Origin: Deinococcota bacterium
GTDB taxonomy: Bacteria; Deinococcota; Deinococci; Deinococcales; Thermaceae
Direction: 5' to 3'
Length of the DNA stretch: 64,000 nt
NCBI GenBank assembly: GCA_041695225.1
Contig: JBGFRI010000005.1
Coordinates: forward strand, 32,001-96,000
The notes beneath the pieces are model-generated. The model was not told the origin of the DNA. It did not search any database and saw nothing but the letters and a program-made list of their open reading frames with translations. Positions 22,143-32,555 of the stretch are shown one piece after another (positions within the stretch are counted from its first letter, which is position 1; each line of letters opens with the position of its first letter). A program made the translations under genes and the position numbers.

Positions 22143-22868
22143 GCCGTTTCCATCAAACTTCCACATCAGAACGTTATCTGTGCCGTGCGGTGACTCCGCC
22201 AACAGTTCGCCGTCGGCATTGACAACCATTGCGCCACCAAAAGATGGGGCGTCGGTGTTTATCTCAAGCGCATTTACAATCAGCGTGGTTACACTTACTG
22301 CTTTGACGGCTTCAATGTACAGTTGTCGCTCTTCGGAAGTCCATCGGTCAATATCGGGCGAGCATTTATCGAAACTGCGCGCCATCGGCACAACTAGCAT
22401 GTTCAACGAAGGATCCAATCTTTGTACTATCTCTTTGTTGAACAAGTCGCCGCAAATTAGTAGCCCCAGCCGCCCCAAGTCGGTATCAACGCTGTCTACA
22501 GTATCGCCATTTACAAAGGGCGGTTTTTCTTCAACCTTCCGATGTCTGAGGATGACCTTGCCTGTTCTATCCAGTAATACCGCCGTATTGTACACGCCCG
22601 ACTCTGCACGTTCTAACACTCCGAAGCAAAAGTATGTTGCATACGTTCTCGCAAATTGCTCGATTTGTTCGGTGCTAGGCCCAGGTATGGACTCCGCAAA
22701 CTGCCTAAAATCATTTTCGTCGTATAAGTAGCCCGTCAAAGTACATTCGGGCAAGCAAACCAGATCGGGCTGATGGTGTGCTATCTCTGCAAGACGCTGC
22801 GCTAGGCGGTCCAAGTTTGCAGACGGGTTACGGGGTTCGGTTTTGAGCGGAATAAGGCAAACAAGCAT
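22137..22868 (-). CDS. Carbon-nitrogen hydrolase (nitrilase superfamily), gene cassette
   Basis: E-K-C triad motifs LVCLPE, RHRK, LLICGD; lower GC; bounded by GTTAGCCGCC/GGCGGCTAAC. Confidence 0.9.
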   Translation of the reverse strand: MLVCLIPLKTEPRNPSANLDRLAQRLAEIAHHQPDLVCLPECTLTGYLYDENDFRQFAESIPGPSTEQIEQFARTYATYFCFGVLERAESGVYNTAVLLDRTGKVILRHRKVEEKPPFVNGDTVDSVDTDLGRLGLLICGDLFNKEIVQRLDPSLNMLVVPMARSFDKCSPDIDRWTSEERQLYIEAVKAVSVTTLIVNALEINTDAPSFGGAMVVNADGELLAESPHGTDNVLMWKFDGNGG

Positions 22869-22905
22869 ACTTGCAGACCCTTGATTACGTATGAACGTAG
22901 GCGGC

Positions 22906-23033
22906 TAACTAGCAGTTATACCGCACCTGCGGCATAACACACCAGAAATGTTATCAGTTTCCATCGGAAAAAGCACCCACACCGCTTTTCCCTGTAATCC
23001 ATAGCGATTGGTAATACCTGGGGCGAACACCGC
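22906..23033 (-). mobile_element. attI-like element, copy A
   Basis: ~128-bp near-identical direct repeat of 23683-23811; similarity stops at the G|TT crossover; contains TAAC-N5-GTTA and further TAAC/GTTA motifs. Confidence 0.7.
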
Positions 23034-23037
23034 CTAA

Positions 23038-23113
23038 GTTAAGCCGCGCCCGGCCACAGATGCACGGAAGAACACCCCCGATCCCGGGCGTCGGCTTGAG
23101 CGCAATGTTATGC
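23038..23113 (-). mobile_element. attC site truncated after the L' box
   Basis: GCATAAC-attgcg-CTCAAGCCgacgcccggg...ccgggcgcGGCTTAAC, then runs directly into the attI-like copy. Confidence 0.8.
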
Positions 23114-23118
23114 CACAC

Positions 23119-23412
23119 CTATCGGCGATCAAGGCCAAACCTTGGATGACGACGGTGATGGCGGATGACCAATATGCGGATCGCTTCTTCGCTAATGAGG
23201 CGAAATAAGACAGAGTATGGGAAACGGTGCACGAAACAGCGGCGAATACCATGCTCGACCATGGCGTACTGGGAGGGATTTGCGCGAATGCGCGCAATGG
23301 CGGCATAGACCTCGGAGCGAAACTCGTCACCGAGGCCAGCGCGCTGTTGGTTGTAGTACACGACGGCATTATTGAGATCGGATACGGTGAGAGGGTGATA
23401 CTCAACCTTCAT
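23119..23412 (-). CDS. ParE/RelE-family toxin (cassette-borne)
   Basis: YYNQQRAGLGDEF..RRCFVHRFPYSVLF..ILVIRHHRRHP. Confidence 0.88.
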   Translation of the reverse strand: MKVEYHPLTVSDLNNAVVYYNQQRAGLGDEFRSEVYAAIARIRANPSQYAMVEHGIRRCFVHRFPYSVLFRLISEEAIRILVIRHHRRHPRFGLDRR

Positions 23413-23648
23413 TCCGAGACGCCACCGGTGCGCCGTAAGAACTCGGCGTGACCAATGGGTTGGACTGCGCCAGACTCAATCTCGGCATCTCGTTGCGCCG
23501 CAACCTCGATGCCCTCTAGGTCGATGTTACGATTACCAGCCACACTGGGATCATCAACTAAACTCTCCCATGCCACCATCGCGAGCTGCTCCCGCTCAGC
23601 AGCGGGGAGGGCCAATATCTGTTTCTCAAGTTCAATAATCGTGCTCAT
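23409..23648 (-). CDS. Addiction-module antitoxin component
   Basis: ILALPAAEREQLA..WESL..QRDAEIESGAVQPI; ATGA overlap with the toxin. Confidence 0.85.
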   Translation of the reverse strand: MSTIIELEKQILALPAAEREQLAMVAWESLVDDPSVAGNRNIDLEGIEVAAQRDAEIESGAVQPIGHAEFLRRTGGVSE

Positions 23649-23682
23649 AATATCAAGTATAACGCGTCAGGGCGGCGGGGCA

Positions 23683-23811
23683 TAACTAGCAGTTATACTG
23701 CACCTGCGGGATAAGACACCAGAAATGTTATCAGTTTCCATCGGAAAAGGAACCCACACCGCTTTTCCCTGTAATCAATAGCAATTTGGAAATACCTGGG
23801 GCCAACACCGC
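23683..23811 (-). mobile_element. attI-like element, copy B (head of the array)
   Basis: Ends TAACtgctaG|TTATGCC; GTTATGCC is the exact complement of the cassette-end GGCATAAC at 23107-23114. Confidence 0.7.
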
Positions 23812-23934
23812 TTGAGGCAAGTAGCAACCCTCACGCCTGGGATAGTAGGCTGTACAAAAGCTTCCTTGTAGGAGCAAAACTTTACCCCCGGCGCCGCTAC
23901 CGTGCGGGCCGCGACCAGGAAATCGTACGGCCAC

Positions 23935-24504
23935 TCAGGGCCCGGCCCTTTGTCGCAGTAGATCGGCAATAGCGGCATGTCCGGCCTCGAGCGCCACCTG
24001 CAAGGGCGTCTTACCCTGAAAGTTCTGCCAGTTCACGTCGGGGCCGGCTACTTCCAGCAGCCAGCGCACTACCTCGGTATGGCCGCGCCCGGCGGCCAGG
24101 CTAAGGGCCATGCTGCTGCCTTCCGTGGCCCCATACTCCCACACCAGTTCCACCATCTCCACCTGACCAGACAGGGCTGCATGGGGCAGCAGGGGAATGC
24201 CATGAGCACTCTTGTGTCCTGCCAGTGCGGGGTTTTCCCCAAGCATCCGGCGCACAATGGCGATCTCCCCCAGCATGGCAGCCGTGGGAATTTCCAGGGG
24301 TGCGCCCTGGGTCAACAGGTACTCAGCGATGGCCCGGCTGCCCACATGGGCCGCACCCTGAATGGCGGTTTCGGTGTCGCCAGGGCGCCACTCATGCGCC
24401 AGGTTCAGCAGCCCGGGTGTTTCGGCCAGCATAGTCCGTACTTTTTCCAGGTCACCATGCCCAGCAATCACAAACTCACGGATGCGCTCAGAGGAGAGGC
24501 TCAT
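23935..24504 (-). CDS. Ankyrin repeat protein
   Basis: ETAIQGAAHVG, LLPHAALSG, GKTPLQVALEAGH. Confidence 0.9.
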   Translation of the reverse strand: MSLSSERIREFVIAGHGDLEKVRTMLAETPGLLNLAHEWRPGDTETAIQGAAHVGSRAIAEYLLTQGAPLEIPTAAMLGEIAIVRRMLGENPALAGHKSAHGIPLLPHAALSGQVEMVELVWEYGATEGSSMALSLAAGRGHTEVVRWLLEVAGPDVNWQNFQGKTPLQVALEAGHAAIADLLRQRAGP

Positions 24505-24672
24505 GTAAACAGCTTACGCCAGGTTTGACAGGAAAAGCCGGGAAATGGCGACAATGTAAGGCAAAAGAAATTGCTATCACCCTGATCGGTGGAATTAGGA
24601 CAACTGGGCAAGCAAGTTCTGTGCAGATCAGACCGAGGGCGTATCTTCCGCGGTGGTCGGTAGAATGGACGC

Positions 24673-25911
24673 ATGGATATACTCCCAGTCCTTGAAGAAT
24701 TGTCGCAAAAAACCCCTTCTAAAATTCTTCTAGTCGTGCTGGACGGCGTGGGAGGGCTACCCCAGGAGTATGGCGGCCAGACCGAGCTGGCTACCGCCCG
24801 TACCCCCAACCTAGACGCGCTGGCCCAAAAGAGTGCTCTGGGGCTGCTGACACTGGTCTACCCGGGCCTCGCCCCGGGCTCGGGCCCAGGTCACCTTTCA
24901 CTATTTGGCTACGACCCTTTCAAATACCTGGTGGGGCGTGGGGCCCTCTCGGCCATCGGCATCGGGGCCGATTTCTACGATGACGACGTGGGGGTTCGGG
25001 GCAATTTTGCTACTTTAGACGCCTCTGGACTGGTCCAGGACCGCCGCGCAGGCCGGCCCAGCGATGCGGAAAACATTCGCATAGTCAGCAAGCTCAAAAA
25101 AGCCATCGGCGAGATTGAAGGTGTGAGGGTAAGCTTCTATACCGAGTCGGAGCACCGCTTTGTGGTAATTCTGCGCGGGCCTGGTCTGGGCGACAAAGTT
25201 AGCGATACCGACCCCCAGAAGACCGGGGTCGCCCCGCTCAGATCGCATCCCTACGAGGCTGGTGACGCTGCTAGCGCCAAGACTGCCCGGGTGCTCAATG
25301 CCCTTACGGCCCGTATTCAAGAAGTGTTGAGGGATGAGCCCCAGATCAATGGAGTCAATGGAGCGCTGTTCCGGGGAACTTCGCAGAAGCCAAAATTTCC
25401 CAGCATGTCCCAGGTCTACAAGCTGAGCGCTGCTTGCGCAGCCAGCTACCCCATGTACAAGGGGATAGCAAGCCTGCTGGGTATGGATGTGCTGCCGGTG
25501 GAGGGTGCGGAGGACGCCCCCGCGGGCAAGGTGAGGGCACTGCAACAGAACTGGGATAAGTACGACTTCTTCTATCTCCACTTCAAGAAAACCGACTCCT
25601 CCGCCGAGGATGGCAATTTCGCCGAGAAGGCACGCCAGGTCGACATTTTCGACCAGCTATTGCCCGAGCTGCTGGCCCTAAAGCCCGAGGTGCTGGCCAT
25701 TACCAGCGATCACTCCACCCCCAGCATCATGAGAGCCCACTCCTGGCACCCAGTACCGCTGCTGCTGCACGCGCCTTTTCTACGCAATGACCCTGCCCAG
25801 CGCTTTACCGAGGACGAAGCCGCTTTAGGTATTCTGGGCCACCTGCGCGGAGTGGAACTAATGCCACTGCTGCTGGCCCACGCGGGCAAGCTGCAGAAGT
25901 ATGGGGCCTAG
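24673..25911 (+). CDS. apgM: 2,3-bisphosphoglycerate-independent phosphoglycerate mutase (ApgM type)
   Basis: [42 protein letters not shown]. Confidence 0.92.
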   Translation: MDILPVLEELSQKTPSKILLVVLDGVGGLPQEYGGQTELATARTPNLDALAQKSALGLLTLVYPGLAPGSGPGHLSLFGYDPFKYLVGRGALSAIGIGADFYDDDVGVRGNFATLDASGLVQDRRAGRPSDAENIRIVSKLKKAIGEIEGVRVSFYTESEHRFVVILRGPGLGDKVSDTDPQKTGVAPLRSHPYEAGDAASAKTARVLNALTARIQEVLRDEPQINGVNGALFRGTSQKPKFPSMSQVYKLSAACAASYPMYKGIASLLGMDVLPVEGAEDAPAGKVRALQQNWDKYDFFYLHFKKTDSSAEDGNFAEKARQVDIFDQLLPELLALKPEVLAITSDHSTPSIMRAHSWHPVPLLLHAPFLRNDPAQRFTEDEAALGILGHLRGVELMPLLLAHAGKLQKYGA

Positions 25912-26087
25912 CCGTACCAAGTAGAAAAGGAGCCTCTTTGATTTTCTCCCCCATCGACAGGCCTTGGGAGTCTTCAATGGGCGTTTATAACTCCTGGGGT
26001 GTGACCAGAGGAAGCCATAGTAGAGGTGGCAAAGGCTGGCATCACAATTCCTCTACAAGGCCCAATAGCCTGCATATCGGAACAATT

Positions 26088-26741
26088 TTAGCCACCCCCT
26101 CGAGCGTGCCGGGTCACCCAGCGCTCCAGCGCCTCGGCATACTGCTCAGGGGACAGGCGAGGCCGGTCGTACAACCCTGCCGCCAAGCGCTGCCGCTGGG
26201 CCTCGAACAAGATCACGGCCGCTGCTACCGAGACATTCAGGCTCTGAACCATGCCCATCATGGGAATCAGGATGTGCCCGTCCGATAGCTCGGCTGCCTC
26301 TGGCGAAATGCCCCACTTCTCGGTTCCCAGCAAAATGCAGGTAGGCCGGGTATAGTCCACCTGACGGTAGTCCACCGCCCGCGCGGAAAGGTGCGCCGCC
26401 CAGACCCCAAACCCCTGGGCTTTCAAGTGGGCCAGGGCCGAGGTGGTCTCGTGGTGGATGCAGAGCCCCACCCACTTGGCCGCCGAGCCCGAAGTCTCGT
26501 TAAAAGTTTTGCCACTCAGGCTTGTTTTGCCCGGCCTTGGCTCGGTGCTTTCCAAATCGGGGAGATGGGGTATTCCGTGCCTGGACGGGATAGCGTGTAC
26601 CTGCAGCACACCCACTGCATCGCAGGAGCGCAGGATGGCCGAAAAATTGTGTGGCTTGTGTACCCTCTCCATCAGTACCGTCAGGTCGGGCTGGCGCTTG
26701 TCCAGCACCGAGCGAATCTTGGCGAGGCGTTCTGGGGTCAC
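26088..26741 (-). CDS. trmH: tRNA (guanosine-18-2'-O)-methyltransferase
   Basis: [50 protein letters not shown]. Confidence 0.95.
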   Translation of the reverse strand: MTPERLAKIRSVLDKRQPDLTVLMERVHKPHNFSAILRSCDAVGVLQVHAIPSRHGIPHLPDLESTEPRPGKTSLSGKTFNETSGSAAKWVGLCIHHETTSALAHLKAQGFGVWAAHLSARAVDYRQVDYTRPTCILLGTEKWGISPEAAELSDGHILIPMMGMVQSLNVSVAAAVILFEAQRQRLAAGLYDRPRLSPEQYAEALERWVTRHARGGG

Positions 26742-27093
26742 GAAAAACCATTTTACCCAGCCAGGTGAATATCTGCCGATGGTACCAAAGACGCCATCGC
26801 AAATGCCGCTGCGCCAGTACGAAACGGTTAGCCCAGACTTATACCAAGAGGTTTCCCAACCCCAGCCCCTAAGTGGTCGCTTTCATAAATGCGATGGCGA
26901 GTAGTCCTTGCCTTTCCGGCTCCAGGCCATCATAAATTACCTCACCAAACTTTCGACTCAGACCAATAAGCGGCTGTAAAAGCATCGGGTGGACCCGTAA
27001 ACGAACTGGTGGCAGGCGCACGCTACAAGCCCCTGGCAATCAGCAGACTACCCTGGCAGAACCCAGGGTAACTGCCTGACCTCCCACCTTCGA

Positions 27094-27735
27094 TCAGGTT
27101 GTGGCTGGCTGGTTTTGCGCATTAGCTCGTAAGCGCTCGATCAGGGGGCGCAGGAGAGCGCGTTTGAGCTTGAGCGACTGGCGGTTGACGATAAAGCGGG
27201 CGGTGGAGTGGGCCAGCACCTCGGTCTCAACCAGCCCAGCAGCCCGAAGAGTGGCTCCGGTCTGCACCACGTCCACCACTGCGTCGGCCAGCCCGGTAAT
27301 GACTGCTAGCTCGACATTGCCCGCCAGTTCAATGATATCGGCCGTCACCCCGCGTTCGCGCAGCACTTTAGCGGTAAAGCTGGGGTACTTGGTGGCGACG
27401 CGGCGGATGGGGCCGGTGGACTCGGGGTGGCGAATCAGCGAGAGACGGCACGCACCCGTGCCCAGGTCTACCGGCTCGTACACGTCGCGACCAGACTCCA
27501 AAAGCACATCGTTGCCCACCACGCCCACATCGGCAATGCCCAGGTCTACGTAGATGGGCACGTCGTGGTTGCGCAGCTCCAAAATGGCAGTTCCGCCCGC
27601 CTTGCCGTGCAGCAGGGCCCGTTCGTTTTCAATGGGAGGAAGTTCCAGCCCGGCCCTCGCAAGTGCCTGGTAGCCATCGGTAAAGTTGCGCCCTTTGGGC
27701 AGAGCCACCACCAGGGCGAAGCGTCCTCGAGTCAT
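27094..27735 (-). CDS. hisG: ATP phosphoribosyltransferase (short form)
   Basis: [29 protein letters not shown]. Confidence 0.95.
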   Translation of the reverse strand: MTRGRFALVVALPKGRNFTDGYQALARAGLELPPIENERALLHGKAGGTAILELRNHDVPIYVDLGIADVGVVGNDVLLESGRDVYEPVDLGTGACRLSLIRHPESTGPIRRVATKYPSFTAKVLRERGVTADIIELAGNVELAVITGLADAVVDVVQTGATLRAAGLVETEVLAHSTARFIVNRQSLKLKRALLRPLIERLRANAQNQPATT

Positions 27736-27879
27736 CCGAGCTTTCTTATATCACAAACTACCCAGGTATGCTTGTAAAGCACCGGCCAGAAGGCGACTTC
27801 GCTGTATTGCCTTGACGCATAGTGAATAAGACGATATGCTACTACTGTTGCCCCGGAGAGCGGGGGCTTTTTATTTAAC

Positions 27880-28614
27880 ATGGCCAAAGAACGCTTGGAC
27901 AAAGTGCTGGGGCATCTGGGTATCGGCACCCGCAAGGAGATATACCGGCTGGCTCGAGCGGGCCTGATTGCCATTGATGGCCAGGTAGTCACCGACTCGG
28001 CTTTCAAGTTTGACCCTGCCCAGTCACGCATCGAGGTAGCGGGTGAGGCCCTGGTGTATCGAGCATTTTATTACGTAATGCTCAACAAACCTGCCGGATA
28101 TATCACTTCTACCAGAGATCGCGATGGCATCCCAATCACGGCTCTGCTGCCCGAGAGATTGCAGCGCGACGACTGGATGCCGGTAGGCCGCCTGGACAAA
28201 GATACCGAGGGGCTTCTGCTTCTGACCACCGATGGCGAACTGCTCCACCGCCTGACCCATCCCCGCTGGAAGGTGGGCAAGCGCTACTACGCTGAACTGG
28301 CCTCACCAGTCACGCCCGAAGACGTAAAGGCCTTTGCCTCAGGGGCAATTGAGCTCGAGGGCCAGAAGCTAAAGCCTGCCGAACTGTATATTGGCCCCGA
28401 CCCCCAAAAGGTCGAGCTGATAATTCGCGAGGGCAGGTTTCATCAGGTCAAGCGAATGTTTGCCGCCAGGGGCAACCAGGTTCTATTTCTCCGGCGGGTG
28501 GCTTTCGGGCCGGTGCTGCTACCGCCAGACCTAAAGCCCGGCGCCTGCCGCGAGCTAGATGCCGGGGAAGTAGCTGCACTGTATAAGGCGGTGGGCTTGC
28601 CGTTAGAGCAATAA
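27880..28614 (+). CDS. rRNA pseudouridine synthase, RsuA family
   Basis: S4 domain ERLDK, GRLDKDTEGLLLLT, EGRFHQVKRMF; TTGACG-N17-TATGCT promoter. Confidence 0.93.
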   Translation: MAKERLDKVLGHLGIGTRKEIYRLARAGLIAIDGQVVTDSAFKFDPAQSRIEVAGEALVYRAFYYVMLNKPAGYITSTRDRDGIPITALLPERLQRDDWMPVGRLDKDTEGLLLLTTDGELLHRLTHPRWKVGKRYYAELASPVTPEDVKAFASGAIELEGQKLKPAELYIGPDPQKVELIIREGRFHQVKRMFAARGNQVLFLRRVAFGPVLLPPDLKPGACRELDAGEVAALYKAVGLPLEQ

Positions 28615-28642
28615 AGAAACCAGCCTGGTGCAGCCACTAACA

Positions 28643-28674
28643 TAAACACCCCGCAAGCAACCTTGCGGGGTGTT
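28643..28674. terminator. Hairpin between convergent genes
   Basis: aacaccccgcaag-caac-cttgcggggtgtt. Confidence 0.7.
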
Positions 28675-28687
28675 AGTGCGTGGCCGG

Positions 28688-29991
28688 TTATCTCGAGACC
28701 ACACCGGCTGGGAGCATCTGCCCAAACAGGGTCGCATACATCAGCCGGTACATATCGGTGTTGTCAACCAGGGGGGGTAGAAGCCGTGCATTGAGGCCAT
28801 GGGCCCGGGCCAGAATACCACCCGAGCCATCGGAGAACGAAGCCCAGGCAATGGCAAAGGGTAAGCGGCGGCCCGCAGCGTCAGGCGCAGAGACAAAGGG
28901 TCTGCCGCCCGTACCTTCGACACCATCCAGCGGAGCGCCGTTACGACCAGTAGCTGGTACCGACGGTCTGGCTCTACTTCGAGCACGGTCATACCTCCGG
29001 CCTCGCTATCGGCGGCGGTAAGAAGCAGGGTATTGGGGTTGCGGCGGATGAAGTCTTTGGCCACCCCAATAGCATCGTCGGCGCGCTTGAGGGCCTCCAG
29101 ACAGCCATTGGCATTGTTGGCATTGCACAGGTTGTCGGTACCCTCTTCTTCGGCCACAATAAAGAACTGGCGGCGGGGCTGGGCGGCAAAAATCTCCAGG
29201 GTCTTTTGCAGCATCTCGGCAATGGTGGGTGCACCTTCAACGTAGTTCCGCAGTCCGCGTTCGCGTAAGACTTCCTCGCTCAAGGTAAAGTAGGTGTCTT
29301 CGGCGGCAAAGATACCCAGCACCCGGCGGGTAGTGTTGGGCAGGGCCAGCAGCTCGGCGCGGTTATAGACGATGGTAAAACCCAGGGCTTTAGCCCGCTC
29401 AATCAGGTTTAGACCATCCTCACGCCGCCCTTCCGCACCGTGACGGCCGCGCACTCCACGGGGCAGATACCAGACCTCGCCCGCGCCCAGGATGATCTCC
29501 ACACCAGACTCCACCACCTGACGGGCAATTTCAGCATGGTAACCACGTCTGGCAACACGGGCCACAAAAGCGCCGGTGCCTGGCTCAGTGATGCTGCCGG
29601 TGTTAATCAGCGCGGTAGCCAGACCAGCCCGGACCGCTGCCTGCATGATGGTCTCGGCCCGGCCGTTACGTGATAAAACCGGGGTAGTGCCGTCTTCCAG
29701 CATACCAAAGGAGTCCTGGTGAACCTTGACACCCGTAGCATGTACCACCGCCCCGCCGTGTGAGGTTCCAACCAGCGAGTCCTTCATATGGCCACGGTAT
29801 TTGGCCATGTGCGACATGCGGTCCCAGTTCAGCAGGCCATCCGGCCCAGCGTGAAGGATCCGCGCCGCGCCCCAGCTATTCAGGCCGGCGCCATCGGGGT
29901 GAAAAAAGATTACGTTGCCGCTTGGTGTGGCGGTCTGGGCCAGACCTGCGCCCAGTAGTGCTATGACTGCTGTTGCCAGAATTCGTCTCAT
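28688..29991 (-). pseudogene. Secreted alkaline phosphatase (PhoA family) with a one-base frameshift near 28961
   Basis: Signal peptide, FFHPDG, EEEGTDN, ADS; natural-looking C-terminus (NGAPLDGVEG..VDNTDMYRLMYATLFG) continues in another frame to TAA at 28688. Confidence 0.8.
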
Positions 29992-30033
29992 TTAAGCTAC
30001 CTCCCGTTCCCGCCCATTGGGCGGGTCAGGGGC

Positions 30034-30064
30034 AGCATAGGAGGGTTATGTCATGCTATTGTCA
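30034..30064 (-). promoter_or_regulatory. Candidate Pho box and -10 for the alkaline phosphatase
   Basis: TGACA-N6-TGACA-N9-TATGCT. Confidence 0.7.
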
Positions 30065-30422
30065 CAAACCTTGCAGATTCGGGTCTGGGTGAGCAGTAAT
30101 CCACCGCTCAGAAACAGCTCTGTCGTAACATTTCTAGAAACAGGCCCATCACACTTCAGAGACGTTACAAGCCACACCAGCGCGTGCCTGGCGGAGCTTT
30201 CGACTCACTCACTTTAGGCCCACCAGGTTATTGCGATTGTAGGCGGACTTCACCATGCCAGGCTTCATAAACGCTCGGCTGTGAGGCTATTTTTGTCATG
30301 TGCCCTTGACTGCAATCGGGAGGAATTATCTTGTGTTTATCAAGTTTTTGCCGCAAAATAGGGGCGTTACATAACTGTTCTGGGACAAAGGCGATTTAGA
30401 CTAGGTGAACCAGGAGGGCGCA

Positions 30423-30857
30423 ATGTACAAAAAAATTCTGATGCCCACCGATGGCAGTGCTTGTAGCCAGAAAGCCATATCCACAGGTCTGGACCTCGCA
30501 AGGACCACGGGCGCAGGTGTGACGTTCTTGTATGCCGTTGAGGGTATCAGCTCGACCCTGTGGGTCAGCCCTGAAAGTGTGCCCTATGGCCTCGAGCTGG
30601 TCGAAGACCTTAAGCGGGTGGGCAAAGAAGTCCTCGGCAAAGCCAGCGAGCTGGCTACGGCGGCAGGTGTCAGCTCCGAGACCCGGCTGGTAGAGGCCAG
30701 GCCGGTAGAGGCAATCCTGGCCGAAGCCAAAAACCACGACCTGATCGTGATGGGCACCCACGGGCGCAGCGGGCTCGATCGCTTCATGCTGGGCTCGGTG
30801 ACCGAGGCGGTCTTGCACCGCTCCGACAAGCCGGTGCTGGTATTACGGTGCAAGTGA
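30423..30857 (+). CDS. Universal stress protein
   Basis: YKKILMPTDGS, DLIVMGTHGRSGLDRFMLGSVTEAV. Confidence 0.95.
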   Translation: MYKKILMPTDGSACSQKAISTGLDLARTTGAGVTFLYAVEGISSTLWVSPESVPYGLELVEDLKRVGKEVLGKASELATAAGVSSETRLVEARPVEAILAEAKNHDLIVMGTHGRSGLDRFMLGSVTEAVLHRSDKPVLVLRCK

Positions 30858-30939
30858 AGCAACCCTCTCCCCGAAGGAGAGAGGATCTCATGGCTGGTAC
30901 AAAAACATACGCTCAGGGAATTTCTGGCACAATCGAGGG

Positions 30940-32475
30940 GTGAGGCTATCTCGCCGTGCGCTGCTGGGTACGCTGGCGGCCCTTCCCCTGGCAGGGCAAA
31001 ACGCAAGTACCGCTATCTTCCCCCAGGGGGTGGCCTCGGGCGACCCCAGCGAGTCCGGGATGGTGTTGTGGACACGCATCGCCCCAGAGCACTACCGCGC
31101 CCCGGAGCCTTTGTGGCTGGAGTTGTCCGAATCACCCGACTTTGCCCCGGTGCTACACCAGACCCCGGTGAGCGCCGCATTTGGCCCCGAGACCGATTTC
31201 ACCGTTCAGGTAGATTTTTCTGGCCTGCTGCAACCAGCACAGCACTACTACTACCGTTTCCGCTACCGCCAGGTCTATAGCCCCGCCGGGCGCAGCAAAA
31301 CCCTCCCGGCCCCCGGCATGAAGCAGCCCATCCGGCTGGGACTGGTCTCGTGCCAGGAGTATACCAGCGGCTACTACGGGGCCTACGCCCACCTGGCCCT
31401 GGAAAACCTGGATGCAGTGCTACACCTGGGCGACTTTATCTACGAGTATTCCGCCGACCCCCGCTTCAGGCGCGAGCGCTTTCCGGGCCGCACCTTCCGC
31501 CTGCCCTCGGGCAGTTATCTGGCGGTGAACCTGGCCGACTTTCGGCAGCTTTACCGGGCCTACCGCGACCCCCACATGCAGGCCGCAATGGCCGCGCACC
31601 CCTTCATCGTGATGTGGGACGACCACGAGTTTGCCAACGACACCTACTGGGACCCCAGCCGCAACGCGCCCGGGGCGCCCGACCACCCCTTCCGGCATGC
31701 ACCCGACCGCCTGAGGAGGCTGCGGCTGGAAGCCAATCAGGCCTGGCGTGAGTATGTGCCCAGCCACGCCTACTTCGACCCCAGCGCCCAAGACCCCCGC
31801 GAACAGCTTTTCACCTACCGCAGCCTGCGCTTTGGCGATATGCTGGAGCTCTCTCTAACCGATACCCGTAGTTTTCGCTCGCCCCACCCCTGTGGCCCTG
31901 AACAGCGCACCTTCACCAGTTGTCCGGCCTCGAGCGACCCTGGGCGCACCATGCTGGGGCCGATACAGCTCGAGTGGCTCTTGGTGGGTTTACAGACCAG
32001 CACAGCCCGCTGGCGGGGCCTGGGCAGCGCGGTGATGTTTTCGCCCCTTACCGCGCTGGGAACCACCGTCAACCTCGATAGCTGGGACGGCTTTGCCCAC
32101 GAGCGCGACCAGATTATTGCCGCCCTCGCCGACCAGCAAAACCTGATTGTACTCTCGGGCGACCTGCACAGCGCCCTGGCCGGCCGCATCTCTCCGGGCT
32201 TTGCGGGGCAGGCGATAATCGGGATGGAGTTTATGGCCCCCAGCCTCACCAGTCCCAACCCCCGGGACACTTTTGGCACCCGCCTGCCCTGGCTGGGCAA
32301 CCGGGTGGTGGAGCTGTTGAACCCGTGGCTCGAGTTCTTCGATGGCGAGGCGAACGGCTATGCGATTTTAGAATTGTCGGAAGAGCAGGCCAGTTATGAA
32401 GTGTATGCGGTAGACAAGAGCGTAAATGGAATTGCAGCAGAGAAGCGACTGGTGCGACAGGTTGTTACACAGTAA
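30940..32475 (+). CDS. phoD: Alkaline phosphatase D, Tat-exported
   Basis: SRRALL Tat motif, GVASGDP, LHLGDFIYE, WDDHEFAND, DSWDGF, LSGDLH. Confidence 0.93.
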   Translation: MRLSRRALLGTLAALPLAGQNASTAIFPQGVASGDPSESGMVLWTRIAPEHYRAPEPLWLELSESPDFAPVLHQTPVSAAFGPETDFTVQVDFSGLLQPAQHYYYRFRYRQVYSPAGRSKTLPAPGMKQPIRLGLVSCQEYTSGYYGAYAHLALENLDAVLHLGDFIYEYSADPRFRRERFPGRTFRLPSGSYLAVNLADFRQLYRAYRDPHMQAAMAAHPFIVMWDDHEFANDTYWDPSRNAPGAPDHPFRHAPDRLRRLRLEANQAWREYVPSHAYFDPSAQDPREQLFTYRSLRFGDMLELSLTDTRSFRSPHPCGPEQRTFTSCPASSDPGRTMLGPIQLEWLLVGLQTSTARWRGLGSAVMFSPLTALGTTVNLDSWDGFAHERDQIIAALADQQNLIVLSGDLHSALAGRISPGFAGQAIIGMEFMAPSLTSPNPRDTFGTRLPWLGNRVVELLNPWLEFFDGEANGYAILELSEEQASYEVYAVDKSVNGIAAEKRLVRQVVTQ

Positions 32476-32555
32476 AAGTCAGCAAGGCACTTGCCGTTTC
32501 CGGCGGGTAAACTGAGCCTCAAAAAGCGCTCCCGGCGTATGCGCAGATCCTGCCC

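Noticed and set aside
22906..23811. Direct repeats read as a CRISPR array or prophage attL/attR
   Set aside because: Only two ~128-bp copies separated by genes, no cas or phage genes, and the boundaries fit integron GTT crossovers.
25930..26080. Possible riboswitch (gtagagg...cctctac stem)
   Set aside because: It lies between convergent 3' ends and has no other conserved aptamer features.
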